A DNA stretch of 64,000 nt from a virus (IMGVR_UViG_3300045972_000140:32001-96000); one strand, 5' to 3'. Numbered from the stretch's first letter, positions 11,801-22,209 are shown. The notes: generated by a model from the sequence alone, not told the origin. A program made the numbers and translations.

Positions 11801-12048
11801 TTACCACCAAACGTACCAGCGTCATTATATTGGATCATTGTATCTGACCCACCCGGAGTCATTACTACCGAATTCCAGAAAACATCAGTTCCGTTTGTTA
11901 CTAAGATCTTACCAGACTGATTAGACTGTGTAGGCAATAGTGCGTTAATTGCTGTTGGTGCTGTGGTTTGACCAGTACCACCCATGCTAATGGGTAACGC
12001 CTCGCCTTGTGATGATGCTAATATATTACCTGCGATTGTTACTGCCAT
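8866..12048 (-). CDS. Tail fibre-like structural protein (paralogue of 4905-8744)
   Basis: 1060 aa. Shares the N-terminal ~185 aa module and the ATTANITLSG/KNQT module with 4905-8744, but has a different C-terminus (YLEVPQ...SDSGKHIY...YPIGT). Confidence 0.8.
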   Translation of the reverse strand: MAVTIAGNILASSQGEALPISMGGTGQTTAPTAINALLPTQSNQSGKILVTNGTDVFWNSVVMTPGGSDTMIQYNDAGTFGGNAFLVINKSTGAITSTSTLTNAGLIISNSAELYRTLSYQTLGSDRWLSQVNNNVEVGSNTGSNFEFVRVADNGLTSNIVYSVNRATGVFDFKTTPTVNGTAISTSASAGSLTGTTLASNVVSSSLTSVGTLANLTVTGTIVGSINGTAAKATALNGGAAGNIVYQSGTNTTAFLANGTSGQVLTSNGASIPTWTTPASGAANTLTGTTLASNIVTSSLTSVGTLANLTVTGTITGSVNGSSASVINAVTFNNAGTGAASPSSFNGGSATTISYNTIGAPSTTGTNASGTWNISISGNAATASSATSTTTSTNIAGGAIGYLPYQSAADTTSYIAPGTSLYVLTSNGPSAAPTWQVPHTPAYPANQIVYGTGTSSSTYSTLTYDPAVNILTVGGTGVALVEAGTSQPLRMISDTALYLSTGTSTVFTDWLAINTDGSVAVNGSVGAAGQVFVSAGAGAPAAWSNSATISNIPNSSLTNSSVTIGSTAFALGSTHTTLAGLTSVTSTTFVGALTGAASSNLLLTGGSMTGTITMDGTHTVTGLPDPTNASDAANKNYVDNAVAGLEWKASAAVATTANITLSGLQAIDTYTTLAGDRVLVKNQTNQTQNGIYIAASGAWSRSTDANTSAELSNASLYVTNGSINLDTGWTQTTANPTIGSSNIVFAQFTGGGSFTAGTGISIAGNIISNAGVTSNVAGTNISVSSATGAVTIGLVAAPTFAGTNLTGTAASLTVGTANALNVANAYTGTTFTASTQFTGPGTGLTGTASSLTAGAATNLAGGAAGSIAYQTGPGATTMLAAGTNGYVLTLAAGVPTWAAGGAGGVSSAVAGTNITVSGATGAVTIATTLTPSFTTVTAAGAMTSVPVAGAGSYTVGYLEVPQRVTGTTTLGLSDSGKHIYTASGGQTYTIPANSSVAYPIGTAISFVNQSSTPCTIAITSDTLYLAGAGTTGSRTVGTYGFATILKIAATTWIISGTAIT

Positions 12049-12073
12049 GTTATGTCTCCGATGAAGTTAGTGT

Positions 12074-12081
12074 TATTTATC
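12074..12081 (-). promoter_or_regulatory. Late promoter motif GATAAATA
   Basis: Intergenic, 26 nt upstream of the 12048 ATG. Confidence 0.7.
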
Positions 12082-12114
12082 AACAAATCTTGTATTGCTT
12101 TTGTTATCTTATGA

Positions 12115-15100
12115 TTAGTTAGTGGGGAACGGTCCTGTCGGTACAGCAAACGAGCTAACATATCGACCAACGCCTTTTGTAATTCTTAAGTCGTCTATGG
12201 AACCGTTAAAGAATGAACCATTAGCTGTATTTGCATCAACACCAAGTGCAGGACGATTGACGCCATTGACATATGTGGTTGCATCTGTCCACGGTGACCC
12301 TTCTTGAATTCCATTTACAAACAGTCTTGTGACACCAGACACCCTAGATACTGCAACAAAATTCCAGGTGTTTGCTGCCAAGGCAGTGGTACTTGCAATC
12401 TGAATAGTTGCATTTACATAAACTTGAATAGTTTGTGTTGTAGTTTTCCATAGTGTAAGACCTGCGTATGTTGCTGTGCCAGCTGGTCGTGAATCATATA
12501 ATCCATATTGAGTTCCTGTTGCTCCTGCATTAAACCAGAACTCAACCGTGTAATCACCTGTACCGAATGCAAAGTTAGGGTTTGTACCAGGAACATATGC
12601 ATAGTCAGTAGAACCATTTAGTGCCAAGGCGCCGTTGCCAAATTTGGAATTAGATCCAACTTGTGCCGAGCCAACTAACATAAGATCGCTACCACCAACA
12701 TTATCAATGATACCACCATTAGTACCATTTAATAACAGTGCAGTACCGGAGATTGCGGTAAGAGGGGCAGTCGGTAGTGCAAATGACGACCCAGTGTAGA
12801 CTGCTGTACCGTTTACTACTCGAGCATTTGAAATATAACCGTTCCAGAAGGTAGCTGTGCCACGGTTACATAATCCAACTTGCATAGTCGGGTAAGTGTT
12901 AAGGATAGTATTGGTAGCACTTTGTACAGAGAGAACACCGTTTACATATGTAGACCATAGGCCACCGGTTCTTGTAACTGCTACGTGATTCCACGAATTT
13001 AAATAAATTAAGTCCGGTCCGGCCCACGATGCTGCGCCGCTGCCTCCGTTGGTAAAGAGTCTAATAGTAGTGCTATTCCCAGTTGTAGGTGTAGCAACAA
13101 TTTCAAATGCGTCAGAATTAGACGCAATGATTGCACAAGCCTGGGACGGACCAGTAAACGATAATGGATAAACCCACGCCTCAACTGTACAATCGTTCCC
13201 GGCAGATATATTCAGTGTACTACTAGCAGATACAGGTGTGGACAAATAATCAGTGCTACCATTAAATAACATTGATCCACTATTTGTTGAGGTGGAGTAT
13301 GAACTTGATACAGCAAATGGTGTAGCTGCTTGTATGGATGGTGTACCTGTTGCAGTAAGTGCAAAATTATTAGCACTGTTATCAACGAAACGGTTATTTT
13401 GCAATGTTAAAAGTGCTGTATTAGTAATAGCGGATAATGGCGATGTTGGTACAGTAAAGTTAGATGTATAAACTGCGGTGCCTTTGACGACACGTAGGTT
13501 GGAAATGTAACCTGCAAAGAAATGTGCATTAGCTGCATCTGTGTACAATCTACCGATAGTTGGCGCGGCAGCAGATGTTAAATTGTACACAACAGATGTA
13601 GATGCTGAGTTAACACCATTTACATAAAGAGTAGTTGTACCGGATAATCGAGCTGCCGCTAAATGAACCCACGTATTTGCCGAAACAGGATTTGCAGATA
13701 TTACCCCAGTACCTGTAGCAGATGTACCCAGATATACTTGTGGTTTTAAATCTGATCCCATTATTATAGCAGCGAATGTGTTAGTAGTAACTGTAGCATT
13801 GCCGCCGGTGCTATAAACTCCGGCAACCGTTAGTGCAGTCACATATACCCAGGCTTCGATTGTAAAATCTGCTGTACCTAGCACAAAAGCAGCATTGGCA
13901 GGAAGAGCTAGATAATCTGTGGTACCGTTAAAGTAACCACTCCATCCATTTTGGTCGAACGGACTGAATGTACCTTGTATTGGTGTACCAGTTGGTGTAA
14001 TTACCGATGTGTTAAGACTGCTATCTAAGAATAAATTGTTCTTAGAAACATTTTGTGTAACAGATTGAATATCACCTTGTAACAATAGCGCATTGTATTG
14101 GAAATATGGGTCAGTTGTGCCATTGTTTGGTAATGCTGCTGTAGGTGCAGTAAAGTTAGAAGTATAACGTGCAATACCGTTTGTGATGCGGAGGTCATCG
14201 ATATAACCGACAAATGCGGTCGCCCACCTTTGTGCCCATCCTACTGTCAGTAATCCAGTTGAATCTGTAATATTAGCCGATACGCCTGTAAATGTTCCGC
14301 AGGCTGTGCCATTGCAATACCAAGTCAATGTTGTACCATTTCTAACTATTGCCCAGTGTTCCCATACATTTGCAGTAGGTGTCACCGTAGATGCATAATC
14401 AGTAGCCACTGTACGGAAAGAATATGAGTTAATATTCGATGCTGTATTTCGATATATTATCCAACCAGTGGATGCATCGTTGAGCTTCTGACCGATACCG
14501 GCGCCGTTGCTAGATGTCCACGCACCAGTGAAATATTGTTGCCACTCGACTGTAAAGTTACCTGTACCAAAATTAGCAAAGCCAGTATTTGGCGCTGTTA
14601 GATAGCCGCTACCATCAAAATACATAGAACCTGTACCAAATTTAACTTGCGTAGTTGATGTAGTAGCTGTGCTTACAGTTGTAAGATTAATCTTACCTGT
14701 TCCATCAATGATACCAGAACCTGCAGCATTCAATAACAATGCCGTATTACCTGTAATTGCTAATGGTGCTGTAGGCGGAATAAAATTAGCTTTATATAAT
14801 GCAGTTCCGTTAACAAGCCTTGCATTAGATACATAACCAGAAAAATATGTTATGCCTGTAATGTTCTGTGGATCGGTACCAATTTTGAAGTTAGCACCTG
14901 CAGTAATTGTACCCGCTAATGCACCAGTACCTACGCTTAGTCCGTCAACGTAAACAGTTGCAGTTGATCCACTTCTAACCAATGCAATGTGGTGCCACAC
15001 ATTTGTTGTATACGTACCGGATGATTGTGTTATAGAATAAGCAGTAGTTCCTGCAGATCCTACTGCTGCAATAATATTGGCCGAGCCATTACTACGCTGT

Positions 15101-18100
15101 AAATAAAATCCTTGCCAAGTACCTGTTGTTCTGCATCCAAGTGCTGTAGCGTATGTTGTTGTACCTTTATCGTATACCCACGCTTCAACAGTAAAATCGC
15201 CCGGAATGGTAACTGAACCTGCTGCCGATACATAATCTGTGGTACCATTGAGATATATCGATCTACCATTTATTGTAGATGAGTATGATACACCAGTTGT
15301 CACAGGACCGCCAAAATTAATTGCGGGTGCGCCAGCGCCTGTAGTTATTGCAAATGCATTTACACTATTATCAACGAATCTACCGTTCTGTAATGTTAAT
15401 AATGATGTTCCAGTAATTGCAGGAAGTTGAACAGTAGTGGGTGTAAATGCGGACGTATAAACTGCCGTGCCTTTTACGATACGAAGATTAGACATATAGA
15501 ATTGACCATATACTCCCCACGTATTTGCATAACCTATTTTCAGAGAATCGGGATCAGTGATATTAGATGAATTAGTACCGGTTGCATCAACAACGCCATT
15601 CTTATACCACGTTACTGTTGAGCCATTGCGGACTAATGCCCAGTGTTGCCATACGCTATTTGCTGGCGTAGATCCAGTAAAGAAATCGTTTGTTAAAGAT
15701 AACCTGGCCGCCATGAGGTTTGCCTGAGAGCCGTTTCTGTAAATCTGCCAACCATTTGTTGTATCGTCGAGTTTTTTACCCATAACAGCACCGGCACCTA
15801 ACGATGCCCACGCACCCGGTACATATAACCAAAACTCAACTGTAAAGTTGCCGGCACCTAAATCGAGTGCTGTATTATTTGATACATTAGAATAACTTGC
15901 ATTATTATAGAATGCGCCCCAACCATTATTATCAAACGGACTAAATGTGCCTTGTATTGGTGCACCAGTTTTTGTTATAGTAAAAGCATTATACGAGCTA
16001 TCAATAATAGTATTATTATTGTTAGCTGGCGATGTATAAACAGTACCATCGGCGTGCATTAATAACGATACAGAGTTAAAATATGGATCACCTAAACTAT
16101 TATCTGGAAATGCAGATGTTGGTACAGTGAATCCACCTGTATAGCGAGCAATACCGGTTGTTATACGCAAATCGTCTAAGTAGCCGTTTAAATACCTTGG
16201 TGCGGTGCTGTTTAACCATCCTATTGCTAATGTAGTTAATGTGCTAATTCTAGCTGTAGCACTAGATGCGATAGCTACATTACTGCCATTAATATACAAG
16301 TTTGCGTTTGTTCCACTTACTACTGCCGCAATATAATACCATGCATTTGCAACCACAGTAGTCGAGGACGTCATATCGAATATAGTTGTTGTACCATCGT
16401 CATTACCTAATAAGAAACGAGGTTTACTTGTTGCACCTGTCAACATCAACATAACTTGTGTAGTGGTGCTACCATTAGTGATAGCATATATGCACTGATC
16501 AGTTGATACTGAGTTGAAGTTTACCCAACATTCAATTGTAAAGTTACCGGTACCAATTGGTTGTGTCTTACCTGTTATGCTGTCACTTGTACCATTAAAA
16601 TACATCCCACCTGTTCCAAATTTAGAGGAACTGGCCGTTACATAACCAGTGGTAGGACCTGCTAATGTAGGTGTCTGCGCTGTACCGATCGCCGTAAATG
16701 TGTAATTATTTACACTGCTATCTTTTAATAAAGCAGACGTGTTAAATAATAATAAGGTAGTCCCCGCAATTGCAGTAAGTGGCGCGACCGGTGGACGGAA
16801 TGGTGCTGTATAAACTGCAATACCGTCGACAATACGGAAGTTACTTATGCTTCCTGCAAAGGTTGTACCACCTCCTCCGCCTAATGTAAATACATCGGCA
16901 CCGGCAAACGCATTGTTTGCACCGATTGCAATAAGAGCACCATTTACATAAATCTTTAGACCACCGGCGCCGGTATTTTCTCTAACGAATGCAATATGAT
17001 TCCATACATTTATAGGAAGGATTGCGGCGGTCCATGCAAAGTATGTTGCGCCGCCGCCGGCGTTACCTTGAAAAGTAATACCTATATTTCCACTGAATAA
17101 ATTGCCAATTAGCCAACCGCTATTTTCTATCATCCAGTAACCTGTGGCAGTATATGATGCTGCTTTGACCCACATTTCTATTGTAAATGCACTGCCGCTT
17201 GCAGGATTAATAGATGCTGATGTAACACCGTTGGTTGTGCCTGCAAATGCAACACTGTATGGTGCAGCAATGGTAACCGCTGCATATGCATTATTGTGTG
17301 TTACTTCCGCAGTGCCTACAGTAGTTAAGTTGGATTTTCCTGATGCATCAATAGCACCAGTTGGTGTAGCCGATAATAATAATTGTGTGCCAGTTATTGG
17401 CGCAAGTGGTGTCGTGGGTGGTGTAAATGCGCCTGTGTAAACTGCTGTACCATTTACTACGCGAACACTAGATAGATAGCCAGGGAATGTCCAGTTAGCC
17501 GATGCGCCAGCATAGTACTGACCAACACCAATTGATGTAGTGTTAGGTGTTCTGATACCAGATGCAACAGTGCCTACCTGAACACCGTTTACATACAAAT
17601 ATAATGTCTGGCTACGTTGAACCCCTGCAATATGAAACCACTGATTTAGTGGAAGAATTGTAGCAGATGTTATAATACTACGACCTGGATCGTTCCCAAC
17701 AAGGAACGTTGGTTTACCAGTTGAATCAAATGCAAGACTAGAACCCCACACAGAACCTGTACCGCCGTTGTCTGTTGACATTATACCGCAAACAACACCC
17801 GGGAATGATGTTTTATAAACCCATGCTTCCATAGTAAAATCGTTTGCGCCAAACGCAAAACCTGCAGAACTAGCAGTTAATGAATCAGTGCTTCCGCTCA
17901 AATATATTGATCCACCGTTTACACTTGCAGTGTATGGTGCAGCTGGTTCAAACGGCGATACTGCCTGTATAGATGGCGTACCGGTAGCAGTCAATGCAAA
18001 GTTGTTTGTGCTATTATCCTTAAAGCGATTAGATTGTAATGTCAATAAAGACGTATTAGTAATAGCAGTCAACGGTGCGGTAGATGGTGTAAAATTAGTT

Positions 18101-20034
18101 GTGTAAATTGCTGTGCCTTTAACTATACGAACATTGGAAATATAACCAGCGTAATAGTTAGTACTATTTCCAGAGTTACGACCAATATTAAGTGCTGTAG
18201 CACTATCCGACATGGCTGTGGCAGAAGTTGCAGATGCAACTAAAGTACCATTAACATAAAGATTATAAGATGTACCGTATCTTACAGCAGCCACATGGGT
18301 CCAAACACCTGTAGTAGAAAAAGGATATGTTACACCGGCACCCACAGCAGTTGAATAAAATCCCAATGTGTTTGCTGTAGCAAAACCAATATAATAACCT
18401 GTATTTGTGGCAGACCATTTTGTTAGCATAGCGCCCGATGCAGTCGATTGAGCGTTGAACCAGAATTCTATAGTAAAGTCGCCAGACGGAAGTTGAAGTG
18501 GTGCAGCATCGGCAACACTTACATAATCCGATACACCACCAAAATATCCACTCCAGCCAGTTTGACTAAATGGTGTAAATGTACCTTGTATAGGTGTGCC
18601 AGTGGGAGTTATAGCAATATCGTTACTACTCGAGTCAACAAATGTCTTATTATTGAACGGTATCGAGTTTTGTAGAGTCAATAATGTAGTACCGGGCACT
18701 GCCGTGAGTGGAGATGTTGGCGCGGTAAAGCCGCCTGTAGCATACACTATGCTGCCCACAACAACACGAACATTAGAGATATTTCCCATAATTGACGAGG
18801 AGCCTGAAGACCAGCCACCGATACTAACGCTGTCCGTAGTCTGCGGATAGACTGCCACATTGGCCCCGGAGCCCACTAAAACACCGTTTGCATAAAGATA
18901 AACTGTACCGGCAGATCGCTGAACGCAAATATGTGTCCATACATTGGATGGCCAGACACCATTTGACGACGTTACACCGAATGCGGATATCCGGCTGTTT
19001 GTAGCTGTTGAAACACCGTTGGCGGCGCCGGAAAACCATACGCTCGTACCTGCAACTTGCATGTATGACCAGAATTCAACAGTAAAGGCGCCAGTACCAA
19101 GAGCAAAACCCGGATGAGATACAGTGCTTATGTATTGATCTCCACCAGTGCCACCATTAAACCATGCACTGCCTGTTAATAAATTTGGTGTTGTGACAAA
19201 AGGATTAGTCGATGCTGTGCCTATAGAACCTGTGTTTGTGATAGCATAATTATTTCCACTGTTGTCCTTTATATATCCGTCTTGGCAAGTTAACAAGCTT
19301 GTACCAGATATTGCTGTCAACGGTGCAGTAGGAACAGTGAAGTTAGATGTATATACTGCTGTACCTTTAACTGTTCGAATATTAGACATATAGCAACTAG
19401 CATATCCAACACCCGATTGATAACCTATATAGTTCGAACCTGTGGCAGGCATACTTGTCGCAACCGTAGCAGTACCTACCTGTGTACCGTTAATAAACAA
19501 ACGTTCTGTATTAGATGCTCTCGTTACAGCGATGTGGTACCATAAGCCAACAATCGGTGTAAATGCTGCTGTAATATCAGTTGTCGGTGTTGTATTTGTT
19601 GTAGTAGCATGGCCGGCAATAATAGCTGTACCAGTTGTATAAAGTGCAAAAGAATTAACAGTATTAGAATTTATAAGATTGCTGGCGCCGGTATTAATGA
19701 AATTAAACCACCCTTCTACAGTAAAATCGCCTGTGCCAAATTGCCATACAGTAGTATTTGTAATAGTTAGATATTGTGCTCCGCCTGTGCAATTTATACT
19801 ATAATTACCTGTGCCCTGATATGGACTAAACGGGTCAATGCGTAACTGGGTAGTTGCGGTCGGTGTTAATAATAAGTTATTCGGACCGGCATCGGATATC
19901 GCAGATGTGGTGATACTTGTTGTGGGTTCGCCATTTAATAGTAAACTAACATACTGGAAAAGTGAATCTGTAGTTGACCCTGGCGCCCCTGTTGTTGTTT
20001 GAAAAGTCGCGAACATCTGTTGCATCATACCCAT
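12115..20034 (-). CDS. Giant multi-LamG (concanavalin A-like lectin/glucanase) domain protein
   Basis: 2639 aa. 12 copies of the (F/Y/C)T(V/I/M)E.W ... W.H.A..R ... LY.NG ... GY.S/DN/D.R pattern typical of LamG-like domains. Confidence 0.85.
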   Translation of the reverse strand: MGMMQQMFATFQTTTGAPGSTTDSLFQYVSLLLNGEPTTSITTSAISDAGPNNLLLTPTATTQLRIDPFSPYQGTGNYSINCTGGAQYLTITNTTVWQFGTGDFTVEGWFNFINTGASNLINSNTVNSFALYTTGTAIIAGHATTTNTTPTTDITAAFTPIVGLWYHIAVTRASNTERLFINGTQVGTATVATSMPATGSNYIGYQSGVGYASCYMSNIRTVKGTAVYTSNFTVPTAPLTAISGTSLLTCQDGYIKDNSGNNYAITNTGSIGTASTNPFVTTPNLLTGSAWFNGGTGGDQYISTVSHPGFALGTGAFTVEFWSYMQVAGTSVWFSGAANGVSTATNSRISAFGVTSSNGVWPSNVWTHICVQRSAGTVYLYANGVLVGSGANVAVYPQTTDSVSIGGWSSGSSSIMGNISNVRVVVGSIVYATGGFTAPTSPLTAVPGTTLLTLQNSIPFNNKTFVDSSSNDIAITPTGTPIQGTFTPFSQTGWSGYFGGVSDYVSVADAAPLQLPSGDFTIEFWFNAQSTASGAMLTKWSATNTGYYIGFATANTLGFYSTAVGAGVTYPFSTTGVWTHVAAVRYGTSYNLYVNGTLVASATSATAMSDSATALNIGRNSGNSTNYYAGYISNVRIVKGTAIYTTNFTPSTAPLTAITNTSLLTLQSNRFKDNSTNNFALTATGTPSIQAVSPFEPAAPYTASVNGGSIYLSGSTDSLTASSAGFAFGANDFTMEAWVYKTSFPGVVCGIMSTDNGGTGSVWGSSLAFDSTGKPTFLVGNDPGRSIITSATILPLNQWFHIAGVQRSQTLYLYVNGVQVGTVASGIRTPNTTSIGVGQYYAGASANWTFPGYLSSVRVVNGTAVYTGAFTPPTTPLAPITGTQLLLSATPTGAIDASGKSNLTTVGTAEVTHNNAYAAVTIAAPYSVAFAGTTNGVTSASINPASGSAFTIEMWVKAASYTATGYWMIENSGWLIGNLFSGNIGITFQGNAGGGATYFAWTAAILPINVWNHIAFVRENTGAGGLKIYVNGALIAIGANNAFAGADVFTLGGGGGTTFAGSISNFRIVDGIAVYTAPFRPPVAPLTAIAGTTLLLFNTSALLKDSSVNNYTFTAIGTAQTPTLAGPTTGYVTASSSKFGTGGMYFNGTSDSITGKTQPIGTGNFTIECWVNFNSVSTDQCIYAITNGSTTTQVMLMLTGATSKPRFLLGNDDGTTTIFDMTSSTTVVANAWYYIAAVVSGTNANLYINGSNVAIASSATARISTLTTLAIGWLNSTAPRYLNGYLDDLRITTGIARYTGGFTVPTSAFPDNSLGDPYFNSVSLLMHADGTVYTSPANNNNTIIDSSYNAFTITKTGAPIQGTFSPFDNNGWGAFYNNASYSNVSNNTALDLGAGNFTVEFWLYVPGAWASLGAGAVMGKKLDDTTNGWQIYRNGSQANLMAARLSLTNDFFTGSTPANSVWQHWALVRNGSTVTWYKNGVVDATGTNSSNITDPDSLKIGYANTWGVYGQFYMSNLRIVKGTAVYTSAFTPTTVQLPAITGTSLLTLQNGRFVDNSVNAFAITTGAGAPAINFGGPVTTGVSYSSTINGRSIYLNGTTDYVSAAGSVTIPGDFTVEAWVYDKGTTTYATALGCRTTGTWQGFYLQRSNGSANIIAAVGSAGTTAYSITQSSGTYTTNVWHHIALVRSGSTATVYVDGLSVGTGALAGTITAGANFKIGTDPQNITGITYFSGYVSNARLVNGTALYKANFIPPTAPLAITGNTALLLNAAGSGIIDGTGKINLTTVSTATTSTTQVKFGTGSMYFDGSGYLTAPNTGFANFGTGNFTVEWQQYFTGAWTSSNGAGIGQKLNDASTGWIIYRNTASNINSYSFRTVATDYASTVTPTANVWEHWAIVRNGTTLTWYCNGTACGTFTGVSANITDSTGLLTVGWAQRWATAFVGYIDDLRITNGIARYTSNFTAPTAALPNNGTTDPYFQYNALLLQGDIQSVTQNVSKNNLFLDSSLNTSVITPTGTPIQGTFSPFDQNGWSGYFNGTTDYLALPANAAFVLGTADFTIEAWVYVTALTVAGVYSTGGNATVTTNTFAAIIMGSDLKPQVYLGTSATGTGVISANPVSANTWVHLAAARLSGTTTLYVNGVNSASTSVVYNLTSAAAPTIGRLYTDAANAHFFAGYISNLRVVKGTAVYTSNFTVPTSPLSAITNTALLTLQNNRFVDNSANNFALTATGTPSIQAATPFAVSSSYSTSTNSGSMLFNGSTDYLSTPVSASSTLNISAGNDCTVEAWVYPLSFTGPSQACAIIASNSDAFEIVATPTTGNSTTIRLFTNGGSGAASWAGPDLIYLNSWNHVAVTRTGGLWSTYVNGVLSVQSATNTILNTYPTMQVGLCNRGTATFWNGYISNARVVNGTAVYTGSSFALPTAPLTAISGTALLLNGTNGGIIDNVGGSDLMLVGSAQVGSNSKFGNGALALNGSTDYAYVPGTNPNFAFGTGDYTVEFWFNAGATGTQYGLYDSRPAGTATYAGLTLWKTTTQTIQVYVNATIQIASTTALAANTWNFVAVSRVSGVTRLFVNGIQEGSPWTDATTYVNGVNRPALGVDANTANGSFFNGSIDDLRITKGVGRYVSSFAVPTGPFPTN

Positions 20035-20058
20035 GATTGTATTCCTTTAAAGTTACTG

Positions 20059-20066
20059 TATTTATC
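20059..20066 (-). promoter_or_regulatory. Late promoter motif GATAAATA
   Basis: Intergenic, upstream of the 20034 ATG. Confidence 0.7.
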
Positions 20067-20115
20067 CAAAAGGATACTATGCCTCTCCAGACAACATAAT
20101 TCTGTGATTGTATGA

Positions 20116-20733
20116 TTAGTGTCTAATTTCGTAGACTATTTCGAAGTCGGCACAGTCATAGAACATCTGTGGCGTGATGCGTTTGTAATGTTGCACTAAT
20201 GCTTCAAAATTTGCAAAATTTGTAGAATATGTTGGATCAGCCAATAATGCCTGCCTAATTAATTCTACACAACTTAATTGCTGATCTTGTGCCATATCAT
20301 ATAGCGTATCATATGGTTTACCTAATTCAGATTTTGCTTTATCAAATACAGTAGTCCATTCTTTAATGGGCATATTCTTAGGCTTTAATAATACAGTGGA
20401 ACTTGTCGTAAATACTTCATCAAATGTTGCGTATGCTACGCCTTTACCGGTTGATTGTATTAATCTAAAGTCATCATCTGTTTCTACACTATCTTCAAAA
20501 TTCATTAAACCGTGTGACCAATAACTCCAACCACGGCCGATAATAAAGTCACCAAAAGAAACTGCATACGCAGACAAGTGAGAATTGGTACGAGTAAGAA
20601 TAATATAATAATCTTCCTTCAGCAGTTCTCGTACTTTGGCCTGTTCTTCTACAGTTAATGGATCGCGTAATGTCCAATTGATTTTACCAATTAATGTAAT
20701 GACAGCGTTTTCAATTTTCTGTAGTAAATTCAT
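20116..20733 (-). CDS. Permuted papain-like amidase (YiiX/YebB, NlpC/P60 superfamily)
   Basis: His motif WSHG precedes GKPYD...LSCVELI (Cys after His is the permuted order). Start moved to the ATG at 20733, just after the upstream stop. Confidence 0.7.
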   Translation of the reverse strand: MNLLQKIENAVITLIGKINWTLRDPLTVEEQAKVRELLKEDYYIILTRTNSHLSAYAVSFGDFIIGRGWSYWSHGLMNFEDSVETDDDFRLIQSTGKGVAYATFDEVFTTSSTVLLKPKNMPIKEWTTVFDKAKSELGKPYDTLYDMAQDQQLSCVELIRQALLADPTYSTNFANFEALVQHYKRITPQMFYDCADFEIVYEIRH

Positions 20734-20734
20734 T

Positions 20735-21064
20735 TTACATACCTGATGCAATTTGTTGCTGGCGGATAATAGCTAACATTTGTACCATAACAGAGTTTAA
20801 TGTAGTGTTTGGGCCTAGTGCTGCGCCGCTCGATGGGTCAACAATGGGAACAGGATCATTACCGTGTGCTACTAAATCTGCTGTAAATACAAGTGGTGCA
20901 ATTGTTTCTAAGTTCCTAACAGAACCATCTGCTAATTTAACAGCCATACATTGCGAAATTGCAATAATAGGTTTGTTACGATCGGCACCATCGGGCCAAT
21001 TTACTACTACCTGTGTGCCGCGAACATATGGCACGCCTACCTGTGTTGAATCATAATTTGCCAT
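20735..21064 (-). CDS. Hypothetical phage protein
   Basis: 109 aa with GGAG RBS, tightly packed in the operon. Confidence 0.7.
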   Translation of the reverse strand: MANYDSTQVGVPYVRGTQVVVNWPDGADRNKPIIAISQCMAVKLADGSVRNLETIAPLVFTADLVAHGNDPVPIVDPSSGAALGPNTTLNSVMVQMLAIIRQQQIASGM

Positions 21065-21078
21065 AATTTACTCCAATA

Positions 21079-21684
21079 TTAATATAAGAATCCTGTTACA
21101 ATACAAGATACTGTTGATGCTACTGCTGATATAATCTGACTTATACCTATTTGCTGGCCGGCAGCAATTTCTATGCCATCTGGGACTGTATAATTAGCAA
21201 GATTGCCTACGCCTGCTGCATTTGTACCTGTTAGGCCGGGAATCACTATATCCATTACTATCCCCGATGATGCTGCAACGGCTACTGCTGATCTAACCCT
21301 AATTCTTCCCGATTGATTTGTTGTATTTGTAGTTCTTACAGAACCGCTAATTGCTTGTAATCTTAATTTTTTACCTGCAGGTACTGTATATGAGGTACCT
21401 GTAGTAACTGTACCACCAGTATTAATATTCATTGTCACTAATGCTTCCGTTGTTACACCCGCAATAGCATCGATGTAGAAAGTCATATAAGTACGGCCCG
21501 AATCTTTGGCATCTTGCGTAGGAAAAAAGTTAGTTGCCTGTGTACTTTTAGCCGTTGCTGCAACAGCTACAGCACCTACTTGATCGATGTTTACTGGTAA
21601 ATCAGATTGATCACTTGCTATTACAACAGGTGCAGAATTTGCACTTGTTGCCTGACCGTTTGGATTATTTGGATTATATGCCAT
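21079..21684 (-). CDS. Hypothetical virion protein, beta-rich
   Basis: 201 aa. GQATSANSAPVVIASDQS and YTVPAGKK motifs of the kind seen in small phage structural proteins. Confidence 0.65.
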   Translation of the reverse strand: MAYNPNNPNGQATSANSAPVVIASDQSDLPVNIDQVGAVAVAATAKSTQATNFFPTQDAKDSGRTYMTFYIDAIAGVTTEALVTMNINTGGTVTTGTSYTVPAGKKLRLQAISGSVRTTNTTNQSGRIRVRSAVAVAASSGIVMDIVIPGLTGTNAAGVGNLANYTVPDGIEIAAGQQIGISQIISAVASTVSCIVTGFLY

Positions 21685-21698
21685 ATTCGTTATTTACC

Positions 21699-22190
21699 TT
21701 AAATGATATTCCAATTAGCACCATCGGATACTAATGTGAGAGATGTGTATCTGACCGGCAAGGATGCTGTTGTACTACCGTCAATTGTCTGTGACGAAGT
21801 TGTTGCTACAGTTGCTACACCTGTTCCCGCGTTCTTTATTGTGTAAGTATTTAAGTTACCTATTGCTGTTGGTAGTGTTATAGTAGTTGTGCCAGAAACA
21901 AGATATGTATAATTTACATTTATAACATTTGCTGCTGTTGTATTTGTTGACACACTTAATACAAGGTTTTCGTAGCCTACCAAGTTCCAGGCACTACCCT
22001 GATATAGATATAAATTATAATTTGTTACGTCAACATACAAAGAACCAGCACCGTATGTAGGGGCGCCAGATGGTGCTCCGCTGCCGCCCGTAACAGACGG
22101 AATTGTTCCGCCAGTAGAGACTGTAAGTGGATTACCGTTTACATCCGGAATTACCGTAAAACTATCTGAGCCTAAAAACTGTGTCGACAT
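21699..22190 (-). CDS. Short fibre-like structural protein
   Basis: 163 aa. C-terminal TITLPTA...YTIKN...SLTLVSDGANWNII module resembles the C-terminus of 4905-8744. Confidence 0.65.
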   Translation of the reverse strand: MSTQFLGSDSFTVIPDVNGNPLTVSTGGTIPSVTGGSGAPSGAPTYGAGSLYVDVTNYNLYLYQGSAWNLVGYENLVLSVSTNTTAANVINVNYTYLVSGTTTITLPTAIGNLNTYTIKNAGTGVATVATTSSQTIDGSTTASLPVRYTSLTLVSDGANWNII

Positions 22191-22209
22191 AATATCTCCG
22201 CTATTCTCT

